A stretch of DNA of 64,000 bases. Origin: Chiloscyllium plagiosum (Eukaryota). The notes below the pieces were generated by a model that saw only the letters and a list, made by a program, of their open reading frames with translations, ran no database searches and had not been told where the DNA came from. This document shows positions 1 to 11,547 of the stretch, in pieces. Location of the stretch: positions 47,231,227 through 47,295,226 of the forward strand of contig NC_057719.1 in the NCBI RefSeq assembly GCF_004010195.1, given 5' to 3'. Numbering within the stretch: position 1 is the first letter of the stretch; each line of letters starts with the position of its first letter. The translations under genes were made by a program, and so were the position numbers.

Positions 1-1996
1 TCAGAAATTGGAGACCAATCTCACTGTTGAATGCGGGTTACAAAATTCTGTCAAAGGTAATCGCCAACCGGGTCAGGTCTGCTCTGGGGTTTGTGATTCA
101 CCCTGACCAAACCTGTGCTGTGCCAGACAGGAAGATTGCTGAGCGACTCGCGCTCCTCAGGGATACGATCGCCTACGTGCAGGACAGAGGGTTGGGCACC
201 TGCCTGATCAGCTTGGACCAGGAGAAAGCTTTTGACAGGATATCACACAGATATATGAGGGATGTTCTCTCCAAAATGGGCTTTGGGGAGGGAATCTCCA
301 ATTGGATCAGACTGCTCTACACCAACATTGTCAGTGCAGTCTCAATCAATGGGTGGGAATCAGATAGCTTCCCAGTCAATCTGGAGTTGGTCATGGCTGC
401 CCTCTCTCTCCTGCCTTGTTTGTGTGCTGCATAGAGGCATTTGCCGAGTCCATCAGGAAGGATGCGAGCCTGAGAGGGGTGACTATTCCTGGCAGCAGGG
501 GTCTGCAGGTTAAGGCCTCCCTGTACATGGATGATGTTGCCCCGTTTCTGCTCGGATCCGCTGTCCGTGCACAGACTGATGTGCGTATGTGACCAGTTCG
601 AACGGGTCTCGGGGGCCAAAGTAAACCGAGGCAAGAGCGAGGCCATGCTTTTCGGGAACTGGGCCAACCAATCCTCGATCCCCTTCACTGTCAGGACTGA
701 CCACCTGCTGGGTATTTGGTTCGGGGGGGCTGGGGCGTGCGCCAAGTCTTGGGAGGAGCGTATCAGCAAAGTGAGGCAGAAACTGGGCAGATGGAAACTA
801 CGGTCACTCTCCATCGCGGGAAAAAACCTGGTCATCAGGTGTGAGACACTGTCATTGCTATTATACGTGGCACAGGTCTGGCCTATTNNNNNNNNNNNNN
901 NNNNNNNNNNNNNNNNNNNNNNNNNNNNNNNNNNNNNNNNNNNNNNNNNNNNNNNNNNNNNNNNNNNNNNNNNNNNNNNNNNNNNNNNNNNNNNNNNNNN
1001 NNNNNNNNNNNNNNNNNNNNNNNNNNNNNNNNNNNNNNNNNNNNNNNNNNNNNNNNNNNNNNNNNNNNNNNNNNNNNNNNNNNNNNNNNNNNNNNNNNNN
1101 NNNNNNNNNNNNNNNNNNNNNNNNNNNNNNNNNNNNNNNNNNNNNNNNNNNNNNNNNNNNNNNNNNNNNNNNNNNNNNNNNNNNNNNNNNNNNNNNNNNN
1201 NNNNNNNNNNNNNNNNNNNNNNNNNNNNNNNNNNNNNNNNNNNNNNNNNNNNNNNNNNNNNNNNNNNNNNNNNNNNNNNNNNNNNNNNNNNNNNNNNNNN
1301 NNNNNNNNNNNNNNNNNNNNNNNNNNNNNNNNNNNNNNNNNNNNNNNNNNNNNNNNNNNNNNNNNNNNNNNNNNNNNNNNNNNNNNNNNNNGCGGCTGCG
1401 GGGGGGACGAGACTGTCACACACCTCCTTCTGGAATGTACCTACGCAGAAGAAGTCTGGAGAGGAATGCAGTGGTGTTTGTCGAGGATCGTCCCGAGCAG
1501 CGCCGTGACGCGGGACTCCATGCTCTACGGTCTGTTCCCCGGGACGCACACCGAGACGAACATCAACTGTGCTTGGAGGATCATCAACTCGGTGAAGGAC
1601 GCAAACTGGGCAGTCTGAAACCTGTTGATCTTGCAGCTGAAGGACTGAGTGTTGAACCCGGCTGAGTGTTGCAGACATGGAGTATTCCAAGGTCCAGGAC
1701 TACGTGTTGAGGAACGCGCTGAAGCTTGGGGCAGCTGCCGCCAAGGCGCGGTGGGGAAAGACCACCGTGTAACATCTGCCTGCCTAAGAAGAACAGGGGG
1801 CCCACGCAGTCATTTGGCCTCTGCTGACGCCTCAGCTAAATATATGGACATATGATGGATAAATGTACAGACCTGTGTATAAAAATGATAAATTCTGATC
1901 TCTGTATGTAAATGTTTACATATGTATGGCATGACCAACTGTACAGACCATCAAATTATTTTATGAATAAAGTATATTTTTGAAATTAAAAAAAAA
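1..1996 (+). mobile_element. Tx1/L1-clade non-LTR retrotransposon, 3' part of ORF2 (RT plus C-terminal zinc knuckle), frameshifted and interrupted by an N-gap
   Basis: Translations YKILSKVIANR, IHPDQTCAVPDRKI, SLDQEKAFDRISH, LYMDD and CGGDETVTHLLLEC. AATAAA near 1966 and an A-tail ending at about 1996. Confidence 0.9.
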
Positions 1997-3282
1997 TCAG
2001 TGTGGCATTAAATCCAACTCAGCTCACATCATTCAGCTCCTTCTTAGTTTTGGGTCTTTCCAAGCATACATATGGATAAGATACTCATAATTATATTTTC
2101 CCTTTGACAGGCCATCTCCTGATCTATCATCTTAAAGTGTTATCTCCTGTCAACGGTACGGAATGTTCTGTACGTACCATATGTGACAATGTTCTGTTTG
2201 TAAATCGGCTGTGAAGGTTTATACAGTCAATACTCTAAGTATCCAGTATGTTGGCTCTATGGGTGACTCATCTCCAAAACTGCTTAATTCAAATTAGTGA
2301 ATAATTCAACTCTTTAAAGTGTAGGAGAACAACTTTGAATTATCATAAGTTTGGAACTGAGCATACCGACAAGTCAACAAATGAAGAGCAGGCACCAATA
2401 AACTAATAAATTCATGGCGCACTGGATAAATTACGAAGGTTACAAGAAATGAATAAATCAATGTAAATAAGCAGGTGCAACAGAATTAATGCCCTTTCTA
2501 GCTGTCATTACTGTTGCTTCATGACCCCAGACCCAATAATTGACTTTCATTAGGAGTTTACTTTCCAAAGCAATTTAACCTCAAACATTAAAAGTACTTG
2601 AGTAGAAATGTCAATTTTGATATTACTACGGGCTGAATTTTCCACTCTCTTGTGCAACATGGTGAGAAAGCTGGGAAAATACAGTGAAAATTTTAAAAAT
2701 TCTGAATCTTGACATTGAGAAAAATAGTTCCCTCTTCTAGCCCTGAAGACAGCCCTTGGCTGTTGACATAATTTATGAAGGGAAGAGCAGAAGGCTGTAT
2801 TAGAGAAGTCACTGAGCATTGGCAGACTGGGCACAATGAATCACCTTTGAGAAAACACAGCCTAAAAATATGAACACGCAGCTCTCTGCTTTTAACACTG
2901 GGACTTCATACAAGTTCTTACATCATTAGGTACCATTATTTGCTTCCTTTTGAAATTCCTGCTAGTCATTGTTATTGGGGGTAGAAATGAAAGATGAGAA
3001 TTGAGGTCAGGTGCTTCTGGCATTGAGGCAACAAGATTTGGGTTCACCTATCACAATCTAATCGATATGCTGTCTTCTTGTTAGGCAGTCCCTCGAGATC
3101 AACAATGACTTCCCTCCACTCCAGTTTAGTGGGTCCTGAGATGCTAAGTCCAATACACCATCTGCAAATTCTGTCAGATATGCAGTGGATGGTGTTTGAA
3201 GACATGGGAAGATGAGATGTTGGAGATTTGAGTGTTCTCCAATAACTTGAGATGATAAGTGGTACGTGAGCACATTTAAATA

Positions 3283-3496
3283 CAGGTGGTCTCCTACAGC
3301 ATGTGTTTCTACAACACGAATTGGCTATAACATGATTGCCAAATTTAGACCGAAATTTATAGAACATTAACTTTCCTTACCTGTATTGGCTATAACACTA
3401 TTCTGGCCCCATTAGTTTAAATGGAACTGGTATCGCATGATTTTCTTACAAAGCGAGGTCGCACGGGAATCAAACTATGGCATTATAAGATACCTG
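3283..3496. mobile_element. Tigger/pogo-like MITE
   Basis: Termini CAGGT...ACCTG, each flanked by TA; internal repeats of (at)tggctataac. Confidence 0.65.
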
Positions 3497-4041
3497 TATT
3501 ACTATCTGTACTATACAAGCAAGGAAATCAAAGGTTGAGTGGAAAAGATAGGCTGAGCCTCAAATTAATATTTGGCTTTGTTACTTAAGTTCCAAAATCT
3601 CTTACCACTAGATGGTGCAGAGGCACAAGGATGTATGTACCAGCATGTATGTAACACAAGTAGCCAAATCAAATCAATTTCTTCATCAGGGAAAACAAAG
3701 AGCTCAGATTGGGTCGGGTGGCTAGCTTCAACCTAAAATCAAAGAGCCAGAAATTCAATGACCTGAGGCAAAGGCTTTGACAGTGGGCTGAGATTCATAG
3801 ATACCCAGTTTATCAAGTGAAATGCGAAAAGTTAGGAAATCGGGGGTGGAAAGATGTCCAGTGTTTAAGGGAAGGAAGCAAACTTTTGTGCAAATCTGAG
3901 CAACTTGTGTTACAATGGGTCCAGCAACATAATGCTGGTAACATACATCCTTGATTCGGAGATGCCGGTGTTGGACTGGGGTGTACAAAGTTAAAAATCA
4001 CACAACACCAGGTTATAGTCCAACAGGTTTAATTGGAAGCA

Positions 4042-4076
4042 CACTAGCTTTCGGAGCGACGCTCCTTCATCAGGTG
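4042..4076 (-). ncRNA. Minimal hammerhead ribozyme motif (inverted copy)
   Basis: Reverse complement reads CAC-CTGATGA-A-GGAGC(GTC)GCTCC-GAAA-GC-TA-GTG. Confidence 0.75.
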
Positions 4077-4299
4077 ATTGTGGAGGGCTCGATCGTAACA
4101 CAGAATTTATAGCAAAAATTTACAGTGTGATGTAACTAATAGTTCAGTGATAGTACAGGGAAAGAAGTGAAACTATTCTAAGTGTATTCTATCAGATGAA
4201 AGGCTTAACAGACAATCAATTTTTCAATGTATAATTTCAGTTACATCACACTGCAAATTTTTGCTATAAATTCTGTGTTACGATCGAGCCCTCCACAAT

Positions 4300-4334
4300 C
4301 ACCTGATGAAGGAGCGTCGCTCCGAAAGCTAGTG
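4300..4334 (+). ncRNA. Minimal type I hammerhead ribozyme motif
   Basis: CAC-CTGATGA-A-GGAGC(GTC)GCTCC-GAAA-GC-TA-GTG: intact core, 5-bp stem II, palindromic AGCT helix III, CAC/GTG stem I. Confidence 0.75.
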
Positions 4335-6969
4335 TGCTTCCAATTAAACCTGTTGGACTATAACCTGGTGTTGTGTGATTTTTAACAACATACATCCTTG
4401 TGCATCTGCACCATCTAGTGGCAAGAGATTTTGGAACTACAGTAACAAAGCCAAATACAAGGGTGGACATTTGAATTCTAAAATGGTAGTACATTTGTTT
4501 GGAGTTACCCAATTGTAAATATTAACATGAAAGACCAGCAAAGTGTGACAATAAGAAAGCAGATTGCTGAAGGGGAAATGTGCTGTAAAATATACCAAAA
4601 GCAAGAAATACAAAAGTAGATTTTAATTATGAACTTTGGGTGGAAAATTAGTGTTAGGTATGTGATGTAGGAATGACAGGCAGTCAATGGCTACGACTAA
4701 TTTCCATTTGGTGGTGTAAATAAACATCTACATTTGCTTGGTCTTCAACTGAAGCAGAAAGTTGGACATTTGGTGGAAGGGTTGGTATTTAGACATAATT
4801 CAGTCACCATTTTGAGGCCACCTTGTTGTCCTTGTTTTATTTGCCCAAACTACTATCCATATTTAAAATGGAAGCTGCCCATGTTAATTTGTCACAATAT
4901 TCTACACAGGGGAAAGGTTATGTTATTGAGGAAAGCCATTCATTTTTACGAAGAAATTTGAATGCCTGGTTATTGACTGGGATTTATGCTTCTGAACTAA
5001 AACTTCTGTGGTAGAATTAAATAAAGCAAGTTCAGCTTACAGATGAACCACAATGCATAGACATTTGAGGCTACCCATTCTGGTAGGACAAACAAAATAG
5101 AGAGTGTTTCTTAAATGGTGAGAGGCTGAAGGAACTTGATGCATTTGTTTTTGAGTCTCTGAAAGTTGACATGCAGCTATAACAAGCAATTAAAAAGGTA
5201 AATGATTTTTGAGCTAGATGGTCTGGCTGCAGAAGCAGAGATCTTTTACTGTGCTTCTATAGAGCCCTGGAGAGACCACACCTGAAGTATTGTGCACAGT
5301 TTAGATTTCCTTCCCTGTGGAAAGATGTACTTGTCATACAGAAAGTACAACAAAGGTTCACAAAATTAATTTCTGACCCTGTGCAGAAAGGTTGGTGGTC
5401 TCTGTCTTTATTCTGAGGAGTTTAAAAGATTGAGAGGTGATTCTTGCAGGGCAGAGCAACAAGACTGTTTCCCCTGAATTAGGGAACACAGTTCAAAATA
5501 AAGAACAAGCCATTTAGGGTTGAGATGAGGAAACATTTCTTTGGTCAGAGGGGTTGTCTGTTTGGAATAATCTGTATCAGGGGCTGTGTAGTCTTTGTCT
5601 ATCTGTCTGTCTGTCTCTCTCTGTACTGTCACCTGCTCCTTAATGTCCTTTACAGGTTCCTTATATCTCAATCAGATTTTAAAATGCACATCCTGGCTTA
5701 CAAATTTCTTTACCTTACACCTGTAACTCTGCAAAATAGCTCACACACTCCTTAATTAGGATTTTCTCTCCATTTCATTAATGGCAGACTTTTTGAACAT
5801 CAATTCCTGCACTCACTTTTATCGAGTCATTTCTTTTGTCAAGTTCAAAAACTTTCTTAAAAATTAATTATTTGGTCACTCTCCATAAACCTCATGCTTG
5901 GAGCTTGTTCCAATCATTTATAAAATATCTGGCTTTTCCCTTTCAAAGTTGCTATAGAAACCCAAGTTGTCTTCGTTGTTCATTCTTGACTAACAGATGC
6001 CTCTTACACTTTGTATACATCACTCATCTGTTTATGGAGAAAACAGAAACTGCTGGAAAAGCTCAGGAGGTCTGTCAGCGTCTGTGCAGAGTAATCAGTT
6101 AACTTTTGGTTTCAGTGACCCTTGAAGCCCCAACCTTTGACACAAATACAGTAGCCCCACCCATGACGTGAGAACAGTTGCTCCCAACTGATTCCAGGAT
6201 CCAGTTATTGGGCCCTGATGTATCTCCTTGTCCCAAGCATTGATCAGGAGTGGCTAGGAATGTGGTATTCAAAACACAAAACAGCCCTGCAGAGCAGTTC
6301 AAAGGGCTGAATCACCTACTTCTATTTCTAATTTGTACGTCTAAGTGCTTGTAATTACAACAAAAGGAACTTCCTTTTCAAGTAAATATCCAATTACCTT
6401 TGAAATGTACAATTAAAGGTGCTTCCATCACTCTTTCAGAAAATCAATTTGCGATTATAACCCACATGGAAAACAGAAACTGCAGCCTAAGAGGCTATTC
6501 AGTGCTTCACCATCCATCCTGCTGGTTCTCCAAATGGAATACGGGGTCCTCCCTATGTCCTTGTTATAAACCTGACCAGATCCTTTTAAAATAATATTCA
6601 TCTCCATAGCACATTACTCATCCTCCACTCTACGATTCACATTTATTTGCATGTGATTAGAAATCGCTCTCGCCCTTTAACAGGCTTTGCTTGTAAATGT
6701 TTCATTAACCATATGGCTGTTTTCCTTTTGATGGAAAAAAATTAATAATGAAATCTTTAAACAATGGTGTCTTGTCATTGTATATTAGAAAAAAAATTTA
6801 AACACAGCTACGGGTCATTCGAGCAAAACGTAAGTATTACTGTAAGCCCTCTTGGGTGCAGTGAGGGGGAAAAATAAAAACAACAAACATTTCTCTCCCT
6901 CTATTTCTCACACACTGAGCATTGGAGAACGAGCCAGCCTCCAGCTTCCTGCTTCCTGACTCGTGTCTA

Positions 6970-7100
6970 GGAACTGTCCAATCACAACAGAGAAGTCGCC
7001 AAAGGCCAGCCAATCAGAAGCTGTGCATCCAGTCTCCGCCCAGAATGTGGGGAATTGGCCAATCAAAGCTGGCCGTGGGAATACAGGTTTTTTTTAAAAA
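6970..7100 (+). promoter_or_regulatory. Putative CDKN3 cell-cycle promoter (NF-Y CCAAT boxes, GC box, CHR-like element)
   Basis: CCAAT at 6978 and 7010 (32 bp apart), palindromic ATTGGCCAAT at 7054-7063, CCGCCC at 7036-7041, TTTAAA at 7093-7098, followed by a strong splice donor. Confidence 0.65.
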
Positions 7101-7132
7101 AAGAACCGACTGTAAACGTATTTGTGAAAGGG
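7100..7132 (+). other. CDKN3: Probable non-coding exon 1 of CDKN3 (5' boundary unknown)
   Basis: Donor GG|GTAAGT with GT at 7133-7134, directly downstream of the CCAAT cluster; no ATG in this stretch. Confidence 0.55.
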
Positions 7133-7139
7133 GTAAGTG

Positions 7140-7800
7140 AGAGACTTAGACAACTATATAGAGAGATATATATACATAGAAAAAGGTAGATACGTACTTA
7201 GATGCAGAGAGAGGAATGACAGATACAGTGTGAGAGAGATAGATACACACAGGAATAAGAGAGAGATTGAAAGTGAGGGGAAAACGAAATACAAAGAGAG
7301 AGAGAGATACAAATCGAGTGAGAGATAGGGCAGATAGATTCAGGAGTCCCAGAGAGATACATAGACAGAAATAACAGTGGTAGGGAGAGAGAGAGAGGCA
7401 TAGAGAGAGAGTGGTACGGGAATACATCGACAGATACACGTTTTGAGTCGGAGTTATAGAGAGAGCAGCTAGATATAGAAGTTACAGGGCTGGAGTTAGA
7501 GATACAGAGACAGGACAGAAATAGGATAGAAATTTGACACGGGGCATAGCAGAAGGGCTTATACAGTAAAGAAGTTAGAGAGAAGAGTAAGAAGTTATAT
7601 AACAAGAGATGGAGCATCAGGAAAACTCAGCAGAGATGTAGAAATGCACTATAGAAGATACTGCGAGATACAGCAGTAAGAGTACACTGGAAGACAACTG
7701 GAGGTAGAGCAAAGAGATTTCAGGAGACAGTCTGCAAGAGGTAGTGATAGGAATAAGGAGACAATATATTAAGAAATAAAAGAGTGGGACAAGGCAAACT
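7140..7800 (+). repeat. GA-rich low-complexity tract
   Basis: Degenerate (GA)n/(GATA)n; a similar tract lies at 8940-9388. Confidence 0.8.
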
Positions 7801-7861
7801 GGCAAGGCATGGTGAACCTGGTGAGTGCGGGTCAAATGTGCTGGGATTGTGTTATATTGGA

Positions 7862-8010
7862 TTTCACTGGATGGTGTGACATGGGGGTATGAGGTTTCAC
7901 TGGATGGTGTGACATGGGGGTATGAGGTTTCACTGGATGGTGTGACATGGAATGAAGTTTCACTGGATGGTTTGACACGGGGGTATGAGGTTTCACTGGA
8001 TGGTGTGACA
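7862..8010 (+). repeat. 33-bp minisatellite running into an assembly gap
   Basis: Unit TTTCACTGGATGGTGTGACATGGGGGTATGAGG, about 4.5 visible copies, one shortened to 30 bp. Confidence 0.95.
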
Positions 8011-9388
8011 NNNNNNNNNNNNNNNNNNNNNNNNNNNNNNNNNNNNNNNNNNNNNNNNNNNNNNNNNNNNNNNNNNNNNNNNNNNNNNNNNNNNNNNNNN
8101 NNNNNNNNNNNNNNNNNNNNNNNNNNNNNNNNNNNNNNNNNNNNNNNNNNNNNNNNNNNNNNNNNNNNNNNNNNNNNNNNNNNNNNNNNNNNNNNNNNNN
8201 NNNNNNNNNNNNNNNNNNNNNNNNNNNNNNNNNNNNNNNNNNNNNNNNNNNNNNNNNNNNNNNNNNNNNNNNNNNNNNNNNNNNNNNNNNNNNNNNNNNN
8301 NNNNNNNNNNNNNNNNNNNNNNNNNNNNNNNNNNNNNNNNNNNNNNNNNNNNNNNNNNNNNNNNNNNNNNNNNNNNNNNNNNNNNNNNNNNNNNNNNNNN
8401 NNNNNNNNNNNNNNNNNNNNNNNNNNNNNNNNNNNNNNNNNNNNNNNNNNNNNNNNNNNNNNNNNNNNNNNNNNNNNNNNNNNNNNNNNNNNNNNNNNNN
8501 NNNNNNNNNNNNNNNNNNNNNNNNNNNNNNNNNNNNNNNNNNNNNNNNNNNNNNNNNNNNNNNNNNNNNNNNNNNNNNNNNNNNNNNNNNNNNNNNNNNN
8601 NNNNNNNNNNNNNNNNNNNNNNNNNNNNNNNNNNNNNNNNNNNNNNNNNNNNNNNNNNNNNNNNNNNNNNNNNNNNNNNNNNNNNNNNNNNNNNNNNNNN
8701 NNNNNNNNNNNNNNNNNNNNNNNNNNNNNNNNNNNNNNNNNNNNNNNNNNNNNNNNNNNNNNNNNNNNNNNNNNNNNNNNNNNNNNNNNNNNNNNNNNNN
8801 NNNNNNNNNNNNNNNNNNNNNNNNNNNNNNNNNNNNNNNNNNNNNNNNNNNNNNNNNNNNNNNNNNNNNNNNNNNNNNNNNNNNNNNNCACAGCAACGAG
8901 CACCCGAGCTACAAATCTTCGCACAAACTTTGAGTGGGTGAGGGAAAGAGAGAAGGAGGGACAGAGACAGTGAAAGACTGAGTTTTCTGTGTCAGAGTGA
9001 GTGTGACAGAGAGACAGAGAGTGAGAGAGGACCTGTGACAGAAAGAAAGTGAGACAGTCAGAGAAAGAGAGGGAGGGAGCAATGCAAGAGAGAGGGGGAG
9101 AGAGAAAGAGCAAGTGGGTTGGGAATGAGAGGAGAACTGTGAGAGGGAGTGGGGGACATTGAGAGATAGAGACAAAAGTGGACAGTGAGTGAGAGAGAGA
9201 GAGGACAGATAGACAGAGATTCAGTGAGGGGAATGGAGAGCGAGAGACAGAGAGAGAGAAGGGAATAGAGACTGCGAGAGTGAGAGTTTGCAGTTTCAGA
9301 GAGACATAGTGACGGGGAGGTCTGTGACAGAAAGAGAGAGAGATAATGACAGGAAAACAGAGAGAGATGGATAGTGACAGAGATAGTG

Positions 9389-10192
9389 AATCGGATTCCT
9401 GTGAGTGTGGCCTTGATGATCCGGTGTGTGTTCTCTATTTCTGTGTTTTTAATGATTACAAAGGTGTCATCAACGTATCTGACCCAGAGTTTGGGTTGAA
9501 TTTGCAGTAAGACTGTTTGTTCTAACCTTTGCATTACCATTTCTGCTTGGAGTCCAGAGATGGGTGAGCCCACCGTTGATTTGTTCATATATTTGAATGT
9601 GAAGTGTGTTGTGAGGCACAGGTCCAATAGTTTGAGTATGCCATCTTTGTTGATAGGTTCCCCGTCTTGTTGTCTGTTCTGTATGTCCAGCAGGTTGGCT
9701 ATTGTTTCTCTGGCTAGGGTTTTGTCGATAGAGGTGAACAGTGCCTTACATTGAATGAGACCATGGTTTCTTCCTTGTCTATGTGTGTATTTCTGATGAT
9801 GTCCAAGAATTCCTGTGTTGACTATATAGAACAAGGATCCGCTGATCAGGTGTTTCAGTTTCTGCTGTAGTTCTTTAGCCAGTTTGTGTGATGGTGTCCC
9901 TGGTAGTGATACTATTGGTGTCCCTGGTAGTGATTCAATCAATAAGCACATCGACCTGGACCCAATATATCAACCACTGCAGCGGACAGCTGGAACTGAC
10001 AACCGGAAGTGGCAGAGACAAACCACTATAAATGACGGAGGAAACATCACAGAAGCGCTTCACAGGAGGCTCCCAAGCACTGAGGATGTCACCTAGACAG
10101 GGGACGAAACGTCTGCAACACAAATTCCCAGCTTGGCGAACAGAACCACAACAACGAGCACCCGAGCTACAAATCTTCTCACAAACTTTGAA
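9389..10192. mobile_element. Penelope-like element: inverted RT fragment (- strand, 9389-9905) joined to a + strand 3' end/pseudo-LTR (9930-10192)
   Basis: Minus strand gives ALFTSID, LLDLCLTTHFTF, GSPISG, WVRYVDDTFVII. Plus strand gives DSINKHIDLDPIYQPL. The terminal sequence recurs at 8890-8932. Confidence 0.85.
10077..10116 (+). ncRNA. Minimal hammerhead ribozyme motif in PLE pseudo-LTR
   Basis: GCA-CTGAGGA-T-GTCACCT(AGAC)AGGGGAC-GAAA-CG-TC-TGC: intact core, ACGT palindrome, GUC cleavage triplet. Confidence 0.8.
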
Positions 10193-10445
10193 TGTTTCTC
10201 TAGATTGGTAGTTATGTGGCTCTCCACACAGTATCCAGAGAGAATAGGGATTTTTTTTGCCTGCTTATTCAGAGACAGGGTAAAATCTATAGTTCCCTCA
10301 AATAACTGTATAGAGTCCGGTGTCCCATTACCAAGTCACCCTTTATTTACTAGTGCACGGTATAGTGACTATGACCAGCCAGCTCAGAGTCAGTCCTCAA
10401 CTGAGGAGATTGTAATCTCCTGGTCATATTGGAGAGTGAAGGCTT

Positions 10446-11547
10446 GGACTCAATGTATAATGATCTGGGCAATGGGGGAAAAAATACATCCAATGCCACC
10501 CTCACCCTGATGGCCACCTTTGTGTGTGGCTGCATCAAGATGTGCATGGATCCCCGGTACGCAAGCACCAAGTGTCACTACCTACTGAGGTTCTACCTAT
10601 CCCCGGTGTTACGAAGGTTGGGCCTGGCCTCGCTGCCGCGGAACGTTCCGAGTAGTTGGACCGCTCCGTATCACCTGTCCTTCGTGGAGAAGTTTATGAA
10701 GAAAAACACCTTTGACCACAAGTCCATTAGGAAGTGGTCAGCACGTAGTGTCCTTGAGACCCTTCGGGAAAAGGAGAGAGCGGATCCTATCGAGCGGTTC
10801 CCTGAGCAGACTGTCAAAGCCATTTGGCAGAATGCCTCATCGCCAGAACTTTCCAACAAGCACCAAGACATGGCTTAGCTGGTTGTGAGAAGGGCTCGGC
10901 CTGTGAGATCCTTTATGCACGCCCAGACTCTCAGCCGCACCGCACGCTGCCCTCGAAGCGGCTGCGGGGGGGACGAGACTGTCACACACCTCCTTCTGGA
11001 ATATGCCTATGCAGAGGAAGTCTGGAGAGGAATGCAGTGGTGTTTGTCGAGGTTCGTCCCGAGCAGCACCGTGACGCAGGACTCCATGCCCTACGGCCTG
11101 TTCCCTGGGACGCACACCGAGACGAACATCAACTGTGCCTGGAGGATCATCAACTCGGTGAAGGACGCTCTCTGGGCGGTCCGAAAACTGTTGATCTTCC
11201 AGCTGAAGGAGTTGACCCCGACTGAGTGTTGCAGACTGGCACATTCCAAGGTCCAGGACTACGTGTTGAGGGACGCGTTGAAGCTTGGGGCAGCTGCCGC
11301 CAAGGCGCGGTGAGGAAAGTCAACCGTGTAACATCTGCCTGCTTAAGAACAGGGGGCCCGCGCAGTCATATGGGCTCCACTGAAGCCTCAGCAGAAGAGC
11401 TGGATAGTAAATGTACAGACTTATATATCTGAAAAATAAATTTTGGTGTCTGTATGTAAAGCAATGTAATGTGTGCACAAGAATGGCATGACCAATTGTA
11501 AAGAGATCCAAATAATTTTATGACTAAAGTATATTTTTGAAATAAAA
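10446..11547 (+). mobile_element. 5'-truncated Tx1/L1-clade copy inserted in the Gypsy LTR
   Basis: Same ORF2 C-terminus as 1392-1770 (CPRSGCGGDETVTHLLLE). 8-bp TSD GAAGGCTT at 10438-10445 and 11548-11555. Confidence 0.85.

Larger units (their letters stand above)
3954..4386. mobile_element. Non-autonomous fold-back Penelope-like element with a hammerhead motif in each arm
   Basis: 148-bp inverted repeats at 3990-4137 and 4239-4386 with 1 mismatch. 14-bp TSD AACATACATCCTTG at 3940-3953 and 4387-4400. Confidence 0.8.
3569..4457. mobile_element. Long inverted-repeat (MITE-like) element with a CTCF-like motif in each arm, interrupted by a PLE-derived insertion
   Basis: Left arm 3569-~3660 (tatttggctttgttact...ccactagatggtgcagaggcacaaggatgtatgt) is the imperfect reverse complement of ~3904-3953 plus 4401-4457. 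TA at both ends. Confidence 0.7.

Noticed and set aside
317..1690. Large ORFs spanning 888-1390
   Set aside because: Their length comes from the N-gap; the flanks are a disrupted Tx1 ORF2.
1990..2040. Shared target sequence for the two Tx1 copies
   Set aside because: The 3' flanks at 1997 and 11548 are unrelated, so no common target is evident.
7862..8010. Repeat array superficially like CRISPR
   Set aside because: Units are head-to-tail with no unique spacers, and the context is a vertebrate intron.
7825..8973. Long ORFs with repeated VSLDGVTWGYE / VTPSSETSYPH peptides
   Set aside because: They are translations of a 33-bp minisatellite extended through an N-gap; no evidence of coding.
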